Sequence record: NC_052659.1
DNA from: Escherichia phage nieznany
Reading direction: 5' to 3' (one strand)
DNA length: 64,000 bases
Position numbers and translations under genes: made by a program
In this document: piece by piece, positions 18,879 to 26,937 of the stretch
Layout: each line of letters begins with the position of its first letter
Position numbering within the stretch: the stretch's first letter is position 1
Notes under the pieces: model-generated
What the model saw: only the letters and a program-made list of their open reading frames with translations
Told to the model about the DNA's origin: nothing
The model's database searches: none

Positions 18879-19040
18879 TTACTTGTTAGCCGGATCATAT
18901 ACCAGGACCGCGCCACTTGCTTTCACGCTTTCCGCTTCATAGTTGCGCAAATCGTTTTCTGTAAGATTGAGCGCGATCACTTCCTCGATCTCGATACCAG
19001 TGGCAAGGGCGATCTCTTTGATAATGTCTGCTATTTTCAT
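18879..19040 (-). CDS. small protein
   Basis: Internal ATG at 19040 chosen so as not to overlap neighbour. Confidence 0.35.
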   Translation of the reverse strand: MKIADIIKEIALATGIEIEEVIALNLTENDLRNYEAESVKASGAVLVYDPANK

Positions 19041-19050
19041 GGTGTGTACC

Positions 19051-19170
19051 TTATAAGATGATTGATAAGATAGTGACAACGAAAGCGATTATACTGATGG
19101 CAAATGTCATCTTTTTACCTTCGGATACTGCCGGATTCTCTACCGTGTATTCTACTGTGTACTTGCTCAT
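19051..19170 (-). CDS. micro membrane protein (39 aa)
   Basis: ATG after GAGAGGA RBS; hydrophobic C-terminus; downstream of promoter-like module at about 19194-19250. Confidence 0.3.
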   Translation of the reverse strand: MSKYTVEYTVENPAVSEGKKMTFAISIIAFVVTILSIIL

Positions 19171-19267
19171 CGTGTAATCCTCTCGTTTGCTTTGGGGACT
19201 ATTCCCGCCGCCCTATGAATTAAATATACACTATCTCAAAATGATTGCAAGCCTTTTTCTAAATTAT

Positions 19268-19552
19268 TTATGCAGTAAACAAACCATCATTTACAACGGC
19301 GGCGATGATCTCCCGTGCCATTGATTCAGGGAAAGGGGCGCTATAGTCCTGGCTTGTCTCGTCGGTGTCAGTGATACAATGATAAGCTAACGAGTAAAAG
19401 CCTTTACTAACTGTTTTCAGTGAGACGATGATCACTCGGTCAAGCTTATTGGTGAATGTTGCCGTTAATGTGTTACCCTCCTGCGTCATGTTGGACAAGT
19501 AAGCGAGATCATTAATCAGGGAAAACATTAGCACGGTGTTAGCTTTACTCAT
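19268..19552 (-). CDS. small protein
   Basis: Start at ATG 19552 after GAGGATG RBS. Confidence 0.45.
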   Translation of the reverse strand: MSKANTVLMFSLINDLAYLSNMTQEGNTLTATFTNKLDRVIIVSLKTVSKGFYSLAYHCITDTDETSQDYSAPFPESMAREIIAAVVNDGLFTA

Positions 19553-19568
19553 GATTGCATCCTCAAAG

Positions 19569-19617
19569 GGGCGCGGCACCATTGCCGCCCTACACGATAA
19601 CTATAACACAATGTAAA
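19569..19617 (-). promoter_or_regulatory. promoter-like sequence plus leader stem-loop (GGCACCATTGCC family)
   Basis: Hairpin 19569-19590; -35-like TTTACA complement at 19612-19617. Confidence 0.4.
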
Positions 19618-19623
19618 ACAGGA

Positions 19624-19830
19624 TCAACCTTTATTTTTCCACGGTGTCAGCTTGTTAATCATTGGTGATAAATAGCGTTTACCAACGTAAAACAGTACGC
19701 CAACTGATGCAACGGCGGCGACCTCATGCATAGCCGACGGGAAACGGGTATCATAATAAGATCCAATAATAGCGATAGCGGCAACGGCTGCAACGTCGAT
19801 AATGATTTTTTCTTGTTTTGCGGTGATCAT
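19624..19830 (-). CDS. small membrane protein
   Basis: 68 aa with hydrophobic core AAVAAIAIIGSYY. Confidence 0.45.
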   Translation of the reverse strand: MITAKQEKIIIDVAAVAAIAIIGSYYDTRFPSAMHEVAAVASVGVLFYVGKRYLSPMINKLTPWKNKG

Positions 19831-19852
19831 AATATTTACCTTTTTGTATGGT

Positions 19853-19909
19853 GGGGAACTATTCCCCGCCTGATGTAATACAGTTTAACAGGTCCGGTTA
19901 TGGTGTCAA
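19853..19909 (-). promoter_or_regulatory. promoter (TTGACA-N17-TAAACT) plus leader stem-loop GGGGAATAGTTCCCC
   Basis: -35 complement 19904-19909; hairpin 19853-19870. Confidence 0.5.
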
Positions 19910-19915
19910 CCGTTT

Positions 19916-20101
19916 TTAAAGATATTTTATGCTAATAACGTTTTCCGGTTTAACCTTGTTATAATGTGCATCAACATAGATCAAACCATCGTCAGAAAAG
20001 CCCAGGATCACGCCCTGCGCAATAAAACCGTATTCGTCACGGTAACGCACGGCTATTTTTAATGTTGCGCTGTACGCTGTTTTAAGCTCGTTTAAAATCA
20101 T
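19916..20101 (-). CDS. small protein
   Basis: 61-aa ORF. Confidence 0.4.
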   Translation of the reverse strand: MILNELKTAYSATLKIAVRYRDEYGFIAQGVILGFSDDGLIYVDAHYNKVKPENVISIKYL

Positions 20102-20123
20102 TTTTGTTTATCCTCTACATGTA

Positions 20124-20156
20124 AAAAGAAAGGGCGCTTGGTGCGCCCTTGTTATG
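20124..20156 (-). terminator. terminator candidate (second copy of AAAGAAAGGGCGCTTGGTGCGCCC element)
   Basis: Hairpin 20132-20148 with flanking T/A runs. Confidence 0.5.
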
Positions 20157-20303
20157 TTAATCCTCTAAATCCATCCAATTATATTTGTCACTCTTCCCGC
20201 GCTTTGTTTTATTACGCTTGTCGCCTTTGCGGATCACTTCCTCGTTCCAGGCCTTGCGGATCTTGGAAGATTGAATTTTTTCTGCGCGATTAGATGTATT
20301 CAT
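20157..20303 (-). CDS. micro-protein (48 aa, basic)
   Basis: ATG after GAAGAGGAAA RBS. Confidence 0.35.
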   Translation of the reverse strand: MNTSNRAEKIQSSKIRKAWNEEVIRKGDKRNKTKRGKSDKYNWMDLED

Positions 20304-20322
20304 TTTGTTTCCTCTTCATATG

Positions 20323-20376
20323 AGCGGCACCATTGCCGCTATATTGTTAATTTAAACTGTTTTGTAAAATTGTCAA
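20323..20376 (-). promoter_or_regulatory. promoter plus leader stem-loop
   Basis: Hairpin 20323-20340 (AGCGGCACCATTGCCGCT); -35 complement 20371-20376. Confidence 0.5.
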
Positions 20377-20382
20377 GGTTTA

Positions 20383-20736
20383 TCATTCATAAGAGCAAGC
20401 AAGGATCACGCCTGCAATATAAAGCCAATAATTTTCCCTTTCTCGTTGGATTTTATCATCGCGGCTATTCTCTTTAATGTATCCCCAGGATGTTAACAGG
20501 CGATCAATTTCCCAATATTCGAAAGCGATATTGATATCTGATGGCAAACCTTGTAACCATGATGCAAGTGCTTTAACAATACTATAATTAAAACGTGATT
20601 GGTTATCAGGGTACCAGTACTCGGAATTAAAACGGCGCATCAATTCCGCGATCTTCTCTTTTTCGGTTGTAATACCGTAATCATTAAAATCGATAGCGGC
20701 AAGGATGTACTCTTTAATTGCATTTTGTGCTTTCAT
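20383..20736 (-). CDS. small protein
   Basis: 117-aa ORF with AAGAGAGAAAG RBS. Confidence 0.5.
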   Translation of the reverse strand: MKAQNAIKEYILAAIDFNDYGITTEKEKIAELMRRFNSEYWYPDNQSRFNYSIVKALASWLQGLPSDINIAFEYWEIDRLLTSWGYIKENSRDDKIQRERENYWLYIAGVILACSYE

Positions 20737-20755
20737 GGTCTTTCTCTCTTTTTGA

Positions 20756-20812
20756 GCGGGAGCTATTCCCGCCCTACGTGTAACAGTTTACTGAAAATTA
20801 AATCCGTGTCAA
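20756..20812 (-). promoter_or_regulatory. promoter plus leader stem-loop
   Basis: Hairpin 20756-20772 (GCGGGAGCTATTCCCGC); -35 complement 20807-20812. Confidence 0.5.
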
Positions 20813-20815
20813 GCT

Positions 20816-21037
20816 TTATTTTGTTACTACCATTTGGTACCCTGTTTCAATGTTAGTAAATACTGTTATCCCGTCCTGGCGTTCACTCATTAGCATACAA
20901 GGCGCTAACATCCTTTCTACTGCCTTGCACTCGTTGTAAACGGCGGTTATATCTCCTGCGGCCTTGTCTTCTGTAGTAAATGTCTCGTTTACGTAAACCT
21001 GACCAGCAACAACGGCGACAATAGCAAAAGTGATCAT
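20816..21037 (-). CDS. small secreted or membrane protein
   Basis: Start at internal ATG giving MITFAIVAVVAGQVYV hydrophobic N-terminus. Confidence 0.4.
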   Translation of the reverse strand: MITFAIVAVVAGQVYVNETFTTEDKAAGDITAVYNECKAVERMLAPCMLMSERQDGITVFTNIETGYQMVVTK

Positions 21038-21116
21038 AATGTTTTTTCTCTTTATGTGTTTCGTTTCAATTAGTTGATAATACAGCAATTTGCAGATTAG
21101 TCTTTAGCAATTCATG

Positions 21117-21335
21117 CTATTTACTCACAACAATATCGAAAACAAATTTTTCTTTGTTGTCTAAGCTCACGTATCCGATTCGACCACGCAATCCGAGAGT
21201 AGTGCCGTATTCGTAACCATCAAGACCTTTAACCTTCCAATCCATGCCCATTAAAACCGCATTATATTTCTGACCAACTACAAAAGCGCCACCAGTTGAT
21301 TCAATGCAAACAACTTTAATTTTACGGATTGCCAT
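21117..21335 (-). CDS. small protein
   Basis: 72-aa ORF; upstream TTGACT-N16-TATAAT on minus strand (about 21378-21410). Confidence 0.45.
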   Translation of the reverse strand: MAIRKIKVVCIESTGGAFVVGQKYNAVLMGMDWKVKGLDGYEYGTTLGLRGRIGYVSLDNKEKFVFDIVVSK

Positions 21336-21412
21336 TTTCTTTCTCTCTTTCTGGTGATTGGTTTCTCTTCTCTATAGCGCCCATTATAAGGCGCTATAAC
21401 GAAAAGTCAACG

Positions 21413-21582
21413 ATTATTTTTTAAGGCTTAAAGTACCTAACTTGTCAGCATGACGTAGACCAGGGAAGATCCATTTTCCTGATTCATCTTTTACAGGGGC
21501 TTTAAGCGTAGCGCCCAGGTTGGCGGCGTTAACTTTACGTGCAACGTTGCGAGCGGCTTCACGGGTAGCGAAAGTGATCATG
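21413..21582 (-). CDS. micro-protein (55 aa)
   Basis: ATG with RBS; CGT/CTG-rich codons; below ORF-track cutoff. Confidence 0.4.
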
Positions 21583-21605
21583 ATATTTTCCTCTTCTCTT
21601 TGTTA

Positions 21606-21667
21606 GGCGGTGGACCATTCCGCCGCCTTGATGTAATACAGTTTACTCTTTTTCTTTCCCGTGTCAA
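21606..21667 (-). promoter_or_regulatory. promoter plus leader stem-loop
   Basis: Hairpin 21606-21627; -35 complement 21662-21667. Confidence 0.5.
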
Positions 21668-21676
21668 CAATCTTTT

Positions 21677-21904
21677 TCAGATTAATTCATCCAGGCATAA
21701 CAGGCGATCAACGTTGAGATCGGTCAGGCTGATGGTTGGCACCTGGTAGGATTCGATGTACTCGACGCTTGCATATTCCCCAAAATTAGCAATAGCCCAC
21801 TTATTCAAGATCTCACATACATCATTAATCTTTTTGTTTGTTACAACTGCAATAACCTGGGAAGTGCCAACGGTGCCGGATACGCGAACAATATTGATAG
21901 CCAT
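21677..21904 (-). CDS. small protein
   Basis: 75-aa ORF. Confidence 0.45.
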   Translation of the reverse strand: MAINIVRVSGTVGTSQVIAVVTNKKINDVCEILNKWAIANFGEYASVEYIESYQVPTISLTDLNVDRLLCLDELI

Positions 21905-21926
21905 AATCTTTAATCTCTCTGTTGTT

Positions 21927-21986
21927 GGCGGGAAACCACTTCCCGCCCTATGTGATACATCTTACACTAATTTTAAACGTTGTCAA
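21927..21986 (-). promoter_or_regulatory. promoter plus leader stem-loop
   Basis: Hairpin 21927-21947 (GGCGGGAAACCACTTCCCGCC); -35 complement 21981-21986. Confidence 0.5.
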
Positions 21987-21995
21987 CTGTTTTTA

Positions 21996-22235
21996 TTACA
22001 TTCCAACCATCGCGGCGCGGATCGCTGTAGTGCTATACTTGAAACCGTCTGGAGTTTTATCTTGTCCAGTTTGTTCCAGGAATAACATCATATCACGGGC
22101 AGCATCATTACGATTAGTATTAGCGGCGATAAATTCTTTCGCCAACCGATATAATGATTCATCGTTATTAATCCAAAGGCTTACATTCCAGTGAGTTTTA
22201 TTTTTGTGACCTAAGAACATTTTTGATTTAGCCAT
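21996..22235 (-). CDS. small protein
   Basis: 79-aa ORF. Confidence 0.45.
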   Translation of the reverse strand: MAKSKMFLGHKNKTHWNVSLWINNDESLYRLAKEFIAANTNRNDAARDMMLFLEQTGQDKTPDGFKYSTTAIRAAMVGM

Positions 22236-22259
22236 GATATTAATCTCTTTTTCAGTGAG

Positions 22260-22318
22260 GCGGGAAGTATTCCCGCTCTCTATGTAATACAGTTTACTCT
22301 TTTTATTCGTGCTGTCAA
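22260..22318 (-). promoter_or_regulatory. promoter plus leader stem-loop
   Basis: Hairpin 22260-22276 (GCGGGAAGTATTCCCGC); -35 complement 22313-22318. Confidence 0.5.
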
Positions 22319-22324
22319 TGCTTT

Positions 22325-22690
22325 TTATAAATCTTTTTTACGTTTAACATCGCTCGCATGACTGTATACAGTGATCCCATTGTCACGGCAAAAACGGGAA
22401 AGATACGCGCCGCGTGAAAACTCTTTACCTTCCATATTAATAACCTTGCTAAATTCTTCCAGGGCGACGGTATCAAAATGATCACCATAGCCATATTGAA
22501 ACGGAACGTTAACCACCTCGATCAGTTTACCGCCGATCTCAACGTCAACCATTAAAGAAAAATATGTGTTACCGTAAGACTGTTGAAACCAGCGACGGGC
22601 GCTAATGTGCACCGCTTCAATGCTGGATAATTCAATTTTAGCCGTGTTAGCCAGGGTAGCATAAGCGGAAACATTGATATTAATAGCCAT
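22325..22690 (-). CDS. small protein
   Basis: 121-aa ORF. Confidence 0.5.
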   Translation of the reverse strand: MAININVSAYATLANTAKIELSSIEAVHISARRWFQQSYGNTYFSLMVDVEIGGKLIEVVNVPFQYGYGDHFDTVALEEFSKVINMEGKEFSRGAYLSRFCRDNGITVYSHASDVKRKKDL

Positions 22691-22716
22691 GATGATAATC
22701 TCTCTTTTTGGTTAGT

Positions 22717-22769
22717 GGGAAGTATTCCCGATAAAAGTTATTATGCTTATACTATCACTCATTGTCAAT
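22717..22769 (-). promoter_or_regulatory. promoter plus degenerate leader stem-loop
   Basis: GGGAAGTATTCCC 22717-22729; -35 complement 22764-22769. Confidence 0.4.
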
Positions 22770-22787
22770 AGTATAAGACTAAAACTT

Positions 22788-22967
22788 TTAACGATAATCG
22801 TTATAGGCTTTATTGACCTGGCGAATGTAACATTCGAAAGCAAGATCAATGTATTCGTATTCACGCACATAATCACCATAGGTCACTACATACATTTTTA
22901 AAGTTTCCTCATAAGCCAGGAGGATCGAATCTAAACCTATAATCTCAGTTTTTGCAATGATAGCCAT
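22788..22967 (-). CDS. micro-protein (59 aa)
   Basis: ATG-initiated ORF downstream of promoter module; below ORF-track cutoff. Confidence 0.4.
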   Translation of the reverse strand: MAIIAKTEIIGLDSILLAYEETLKMYVVTYGDYVREYEYIDLAFECYIRQVNKAYNDYR

Positions 22968-22987
22968 GATGTTAACCTTTTATTGTT

Positions 22988-23044
22988 GGCGGCACCATTG
23001 CCGCCCTACGTGATAAACTATACCAGAAGTTTAAACAGTGTCAA
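22988..23044 (-). promoter_or_regulatory. promoter plus leader stem-loop
   Basis: Hairpin 22988-23005 (GGCGGCACCATTGCCGCC); -35 complement 23039-23044. Confidence 0.5.
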
Positions 23045-23050
23045 CCGTTT

Positions 23051-23413
23051 TTATTCGTAAATTTTACCGCTTTCGGCCCATACCATAACGCGGCGCATAC
23101 TATCCCAAGTGTTTTGATCCAAGTTTAAGCCGTGCAACTCTTCGGTACTTCCCAGACCAGGTACCGCTTTGTTGTAAGTCGCATATAAGCGCCCTTGATA
23201 CTCATACGCCAGAGTAAGATCCGTTTGAATCATCTTTTTAAGCATAGCATTAAGCATCATATTAGCGGCATGTTGATCACGTTTTAGCGGTAACATGTCA
23301 ATAAGGGCGCGATAAGCTGAAACATGAATATCAACCGTTTCACGTGGTAAATTTTTCATATCATCGCGGAAAGATACCAGATTAAACATGATAGTATTGA
23401 TTTGCTTGCTCAT
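23051..23413 (-). CDS. small protein
   Basis: 120-aa ORF. Confidence 0.5.
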   Translation of the reverse strand: MSKQINTIMFNLVSFRDDMKNLPRETVDIHVSAYRALIDMLPLKRDQHAANMMLNAMLKKMIQTDLTLAYEYQGRLYATYNKAVPGLGSTEELHGLNLDQNTWDSMRRVMVWAESGKIYE

Positions 23414-23434
23414 TGTGTTACCCTTTTTTGTTTT

Positions 23435-23495
23435 GGCGGGGAAGTATTCCGCCGCCCTATGTGATACATCTTATCAGATTAAAAAACGTTGTCAA
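23435..23495 (-). promoter_or_regulatory. promoter plus leader stem-loop
   Basis: Hairpin 23435-23456; -35 complement 23490-23495. Confidence 0.5.
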
Positions 23496-23503
23496 GAATA
23501 TTT

Positions 23504-23599
23504 TTAGAAAATAATAGCCGCTACTACAACCCAAAATGGAACGGCTAGAATGATAGCGTTAATCGTTCCAACCGTCAAGCTATTTTCTTTATTAATCAT
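23504..23599 (-). CDS. micro membrane peptide (31 aa)
   Basis: ATG after AAGAGG; entirely hydrophobic core; has its own promoter-hairpin module. Confidence 0.3.
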   Translation of the reverse strand: MINKENSLTVGTINAIILAVPFWVVVAAIIF

Positions 23600-23627
23600 T
23601 GTAAGCCTCTTGCATAATTTCACTATG

Positions 23628-23685
23628 AGCGGCACCATTGCCGCCCTACGTGGTAAATATTATGCCAGTGGCGGCGATATGTCAA
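23628..23685 (-). promoter_or_regulatory. promoter plus leader stem-loop
   Basis: Hairpin 23628-23647; -35 complement 23680-23685. Confidence 0.5.
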
Positions 23686-24248
23686 AGACTATTTTCAAAG
23701 TTTTCTAGTGCGATCCTTTTTTCTTCCTCTGTCGGCTGATAATCAGGAAAAGCATCAACACACAACAACGGCGGGATCTCTTCGTACTCTTCCTCTTCCG
23801 TTGTCTCCTCGTCTTCCTCCTGGGCTATGGCTGCAATTTTGGCTAATTTTCTTTCAGCTTGAATCAATTTACCATCAAGTACGTTTTTTGCCATGTTGTA
23901 AGCGGTCCAGGTGATGCGCTTACTTTCCAGGGCCTGATCGAGCGCCGCTATCTTGCTGGGGTATTCATCCAGGACACGAAAAGCTGGATCAACTTTGTAC
24001 AAAGGATTATCTTTCGCGCCGTCGCTCGCATCTTCCGCACTGGATAAATCAGCGTTACCATTTGCCAGCCAGCCAGGGCGCACATAACGCGCTTTTACGT
24101 TGCCGTTACTACGTGCTAATCTGTTACCTATTTGCTCACCACTATATCCCGTGGATTCATCGATAAGATGATCGGGAATGATGCGCGGATCATCTGCTTC
24201 ATGTTTTACCCAAGACTGGATCACATATTCGCGGCCCATATTAACCAC
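23682..24248 (-). CDS. hypothetical protein with acidic linker
   Basis: 188-aa ORF, largest in the array. Confidence 0.5.
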   Translation of the reverse strand: MVNMGREYVIQSWVKHEADDPRIIPDHLIDESTGYSGEQIGNRLARSNGNVKARYVRPGWLANGNADLSSAEDASDGAKDNPLYKVDPAFRVLDEYPSKIAALDQALESKRITWTAYNMAKNVLDGKLIQAERKLAKIAAIAQEEDEETTEEEEYEEIPPLLCVDAFPDYQPTEEEKRIALENFENSL

Positions 24249-24498
24249 CTTTTTTCAACAATTGGCATACTTTAAAAAGACTTGCTGAATCCTTGCAAGG
24301 GTAGAAAGATGTACGATAATCACGTACGCCAACCTTGAGGATCTCGATGTTCTCGCATGTTGTTTGATCAAAGATATTTATTTCATCACGCCCCCTTATA
24401 TAAACATAGTGGGGATGTATTAACGCATATTTTGCTAATCTGTAAAAAGCGTTATCTTTGAACGCGATCACGTGACCTTTTAATTTGATGTAAAACAT
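24241..24498 (-). CDS. small protein
   Basis: 85-aa ORF, AAGGTGG RBS. Confidence 0.45.
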   Translation of the reverse strand: MFYIKLKGHVIAFKDNAFYRLAKYALIHPHYVYIRGRDEINIFDQTTCENIEILKVGVRDYRTSFYPCKDSASLFKVCQLLKKGG

Positions 24499-24515
24499 TC
24501 TACCACCTTACAAAT

Positions 24516-24571
24516 AGCGGGAACTATTCCCGCTTTATGTAACATATTAACAAATTATTCGTTAATGTCAA
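24516..24571 (-). promoter_or_regulatory. promoter plus leader stem-loop (a second -35-like TGTCAA at 24614-24619)
   Basis: Hairpin 24516-24534 (AGCGGGAACTATTCCCGCT); -35 complement 24566-24571. Confidence 0.45.
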
Positions 24572-24574
24572 GCC

Positions 24575-24847
24575 TTAAAGCAAAAACGCTACATCTTGCG
24601 CTTTTAATGTAGTGTCAACCATTTTCGGGCTTTTATAATCAACAAAGCGCGCGGTTTTTTCAATAGCAAAACCGAGATAATCTTGTTTATTGAATTTACA
24701 TTCTTTCTTAAATGTTTCCCGCGCCACGGTGATCGCTGCGTCCAGGGATAAACGCCCGTCAATATTGATATTAGCGAAAGATCCGCCACCGCTCATAGGT
24801 TTACCAGTTGTGCCAGCTACGATCATTGTTGCGCTATATGATGCCAT
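24575..24847 (-). CDS. small protein
   Basis: 90-aa ORF. Confidence 0.45.
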   Translation of the reverse strand: MASYSATMIVAGTTGKPMSGGGSFANINIDGRLSLDAAITVARETFKKECKFNKQDYLGFAIEKTARFVDYKSPKMVDTTLKAQDVAFLL

Positions 24848-24872
24848 GATGATAATCTCTCTTCTGTTACGA

Positions 24873-24932
24873 GCGGGAAACCACTTCCCGCCCTATGTGA
24901 TACATCTTATCAGGTTGTTGTTTGTTGTCAAT
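24873..24932 (-). promoter_or_regulatory. promoter plus leader stem-loop
   Basis: Hairpin 24873-24891; -35 complement 24927-24932. Confidence 0.5.
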
Positions 24933-24937
24933 AGTTT

Positions 24938-25135
24938 TTATTCTATTCCTGCAATTTGATTAACGCGCTTGCATTTTGTAGCGTGCTGGTCTTCTGTAAT
25001 GACTCCCATTTCTAACAGGGAATCAATGAAAGATAAAACCGTTTCATGATCATCCTGGGGGTGACTGAACTCAGTAAAACCGTTTACCACTACGTTGATT
25101 TGTCCAGCTTTCGCCACAATGTGCAATGTTGCCAT
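24938..25135 (-). CDS. small protein
   Basis: Start at internal ATG 25135 with GGAG RBS, downstream of hairpin 25154-25172. Confidence 0.45.
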   Translation of the reverse strand: MATLHIVAKAGQINVVVNGFTEFSHPQDDHETVLSFIDSLLEMGVITEDQHATKCKRVNQIAGIE

Positions 25136-25153
25136 GATCTTAACTCCAAATAG

Positions 25154-25213
25154 TGAGCGGCACCATTGCCGCCCTACAAGATGAATACTACGCCGCCGTC
25201 TGGTTAACGTCAA
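25154..25213 (-). promoter_or_regulatory. promoter (TTGACG -35) plus leader stem-loop; first module of leftward array
   Basis: Hairpin 25154-25172 (GAGCGGCACCATTGCCGCC); -35 complement 25208-25213. Confidence 0.45.
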
Positions 25214-25321
25214 CCATTTTTCAATCTTTTTTATTTTCTTTTTGCTTGCTATATATAAAGAAAAGGGCTATTATCTTTCTACCGCGCCAACCAGGGCGCA
25301 CAACAAAGAAAGGGCGATACC

Positions 25322-25585
25322 ATGACAACTACATTACACCTTATGCACTCATTGGGCTGGCAAGGCGGCACGGTGCACCAGGTAGCAAGCGCAACGGGCT
25401 TAAAGGTTGAAACAGTTCTCAACCTGGGCGATCATAGGGTGGAAGAAATAGATCATTTTGATACGTTCGCAAATGGTTATCTATGGGCTTGCAGTGGCGG
25501 CGGGGAAAGCAAGATACCACCAGGGGCGCGGGGCGATATGTATTTTTGGTTAGGTGTCCTATCCTGGCAAGAAAACAAAAAATAA
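25322..25585 (+). CDS. hypothetical protein (uncertain)
   Basis: 87-aa GC-rich ORF on plus strand, isolated among minus-strand genes. Confidence 0.3.
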   Translation: MTTTLHLMHSLGWQGGTVHQVASATGLKVETVLNLGDHRVEEIDHFDTFANGYLWACSGGGESKIPPGARGDMYFWLGVLSWQENKK

Positions 25586-25587
25586 TC

Positions 25588-25616
25588 TTGACAAGCCCAG
25601 GGATCGGGCTTATACT
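25588..25616 (+). promoter_or_regulatory. sigma70-like promoter TTGACA-N17-TATACT
   Basis: -35 25588-25593, -10 25611-25616; followed by about 110-nt GC-rich non-coding segment. Confidence 0.45.
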
Positions 25617-25974
25617 GTTTTACATACAGAAGAGGAAGCGCCACCCCCACGGCGTAAAGGCGGGGCTAACATACCAGGGGGCACTGGTTGGAAGGTTGAT
25701 CGCCGGTAGGCTGGGCGCTATATATTTGTAAAGAAATGTAAAGATAAAATAATCGCTTGCTTTCCTAGCTGGATCTGTTATTCTTATTACATGGCGAGGG
25801 GACACGGGAGCGCGAGACAAACACCGCCCCTGCGCGTCATTCTCTAAATGAGATTGATTCTTATTTAATAAGGTAAATGACAATCATTCTCATTTATAAA
25901 CTTAAATGCGAATCATTATCATTTGCATTTCCATATGAGAACTCTTCTCATTTTCACCTGCATAAAAATTTTTG

Positions 25975-26155
25975 TAAACTTTAAATTTTGCTTTTGTACT
26001 TTCATTTTTGTAAAAGCAAAAAAACTTTAAATACTGTGGGCGCGCAAAATTTTTAAAATTTTCCTTGACTTTTGAGTTTTGTTTTGTATCTAACATTTTA
26101 AGATAATTTTCCTAAACTTTAAATTTTGGTTTTCAACTTTCACTTTTGTAAATTC
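25975..26155. repeat. two direct repeats of about 43 bp (25975-26016 and 26113-26155) in AT-rich intergenic DNA
   Basis: TAAACTTTAAATTTTG(C/G)TTTT..ACTTTCA.TTTTGTAAA repeated; AAACTTTAAA motif four times. Confidence 0.45.
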
Positions 26156-26302
26156 TTAAAAAGTTTAAATAATTTGAGGGATTTTTGAGATAAAAGATAG
26201 TGGGAATTTGATATAACCTTTAATCTTATTGGTAAACCTTCAGGAACCCACTCAGATCGAATCCTAGTGATGCAAACTGAAAAAGACAAGGGTTTGTATA
26301 GG

Positions 26303-26340
26303 ACAAAATAACAGGCTCTCTACGGTGCTGTAGGAGCCTT
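26303..26340 (-). terminator. terminator candidate downstream of NADAR gene
   Basis: Imperfect hairpin GGCTCTCTAC..GTAGGAGCC with T-rich flank on minus strand. Confidence 0.4.
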
Positions 26341-26394
26341 ATTTCTGGGCTACAAAGTGACACCTTTGTTCTAAAAATGAAAAAAGTTAAAATA

Positions 26395-26937
26395 TCACAA
26401 ATATCGTCTTTGCGGTATTTTGTCTGGGAAAAGTATTTCGATCAGTTTATTATGATATTTGCCTAAAAGATTCTGCCCTTTCCAGGTAGCAGGGTTTAGC
26501 ACCCCTGGTTCATACATTCCCATTCCAATACCGTAAACCTTATCGTAAGGACTTGCTTCAACAAACGTTTTGTATTGGTAAAGGTGTAAGTCTGCATACA
26601 AATCTGGATTCTGTACATATTTCAAGCATAAGCCTCGCATAACAATACGCTCACGGTTCTCTTCCCACATATCATTATTAAAACCAGATACCGCTCGACC
26701 CATACGTTTGTAGTATGCTTGTTTCCTCTCGTTGTCACGTATAGTTGAGTGATCAAGGATAGCTGCTGCAATCGCATGATCCTTGAACAGCAAAGCCTTA
26801 CGCCACATCATATATTGCTCAACACAACAGAAAGTCTCATTGTAACCTGGTTCAGTTTCTGTAAAGGGTGCAATATACCAATTACTAAACACATCTTTAT
26901 GTGAAAAGAAGAATACATATTCATCAGTTATTCTCAT
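26395..26937 (-). CDS. NADAR-domain (YbiA/DUF1768-like) protein
   Basis: N-terminal FFFSHKDVFSNWY..F and EQYMMWRKALLF match NADAR conserved blocks. Confidence 0.6.
   Translation of the reverse strand: MRITDEYVFFFSHKDVFSNWYIAPFTETEPGYNETFCCVEQYMMWRKALLFKDHAIAAAILDHSTIRDNERKQAYYKRMGRAVSGFNNDMWEENRERIVMRGLCLKYVQNPDLYADLHLYQYKTFVEASPYDKVYGIGMGMYEPGVLNPATWKGQNLLGKYHNKLIEILFPDKIPQRRYL

Noticed and set aside
18603-19061. 152-aa plus-strand ORF across the early array
   Set aside because: Runs antisense through promoter-hairpin modules and several supported minus-strand genes.
18701-25172. GC-rich hairpins upstream of early genes as intrinsic terminators
   Set aside because: They lie between the -10 element and the RBS and lack a following U-tract; interpreted as 5' leader structures. 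True terminator-like elements are at 17772-17808 and 20124-20156.
26220-26300. Possible tRNA (GATCGAATCC resembling a T-loop)
   Set aside because: No acceptor or anticodon stem pairing could be built by eye; no other tRNA-like sequence seen in the window. Needs tRNAscan-SE to confirm absence.
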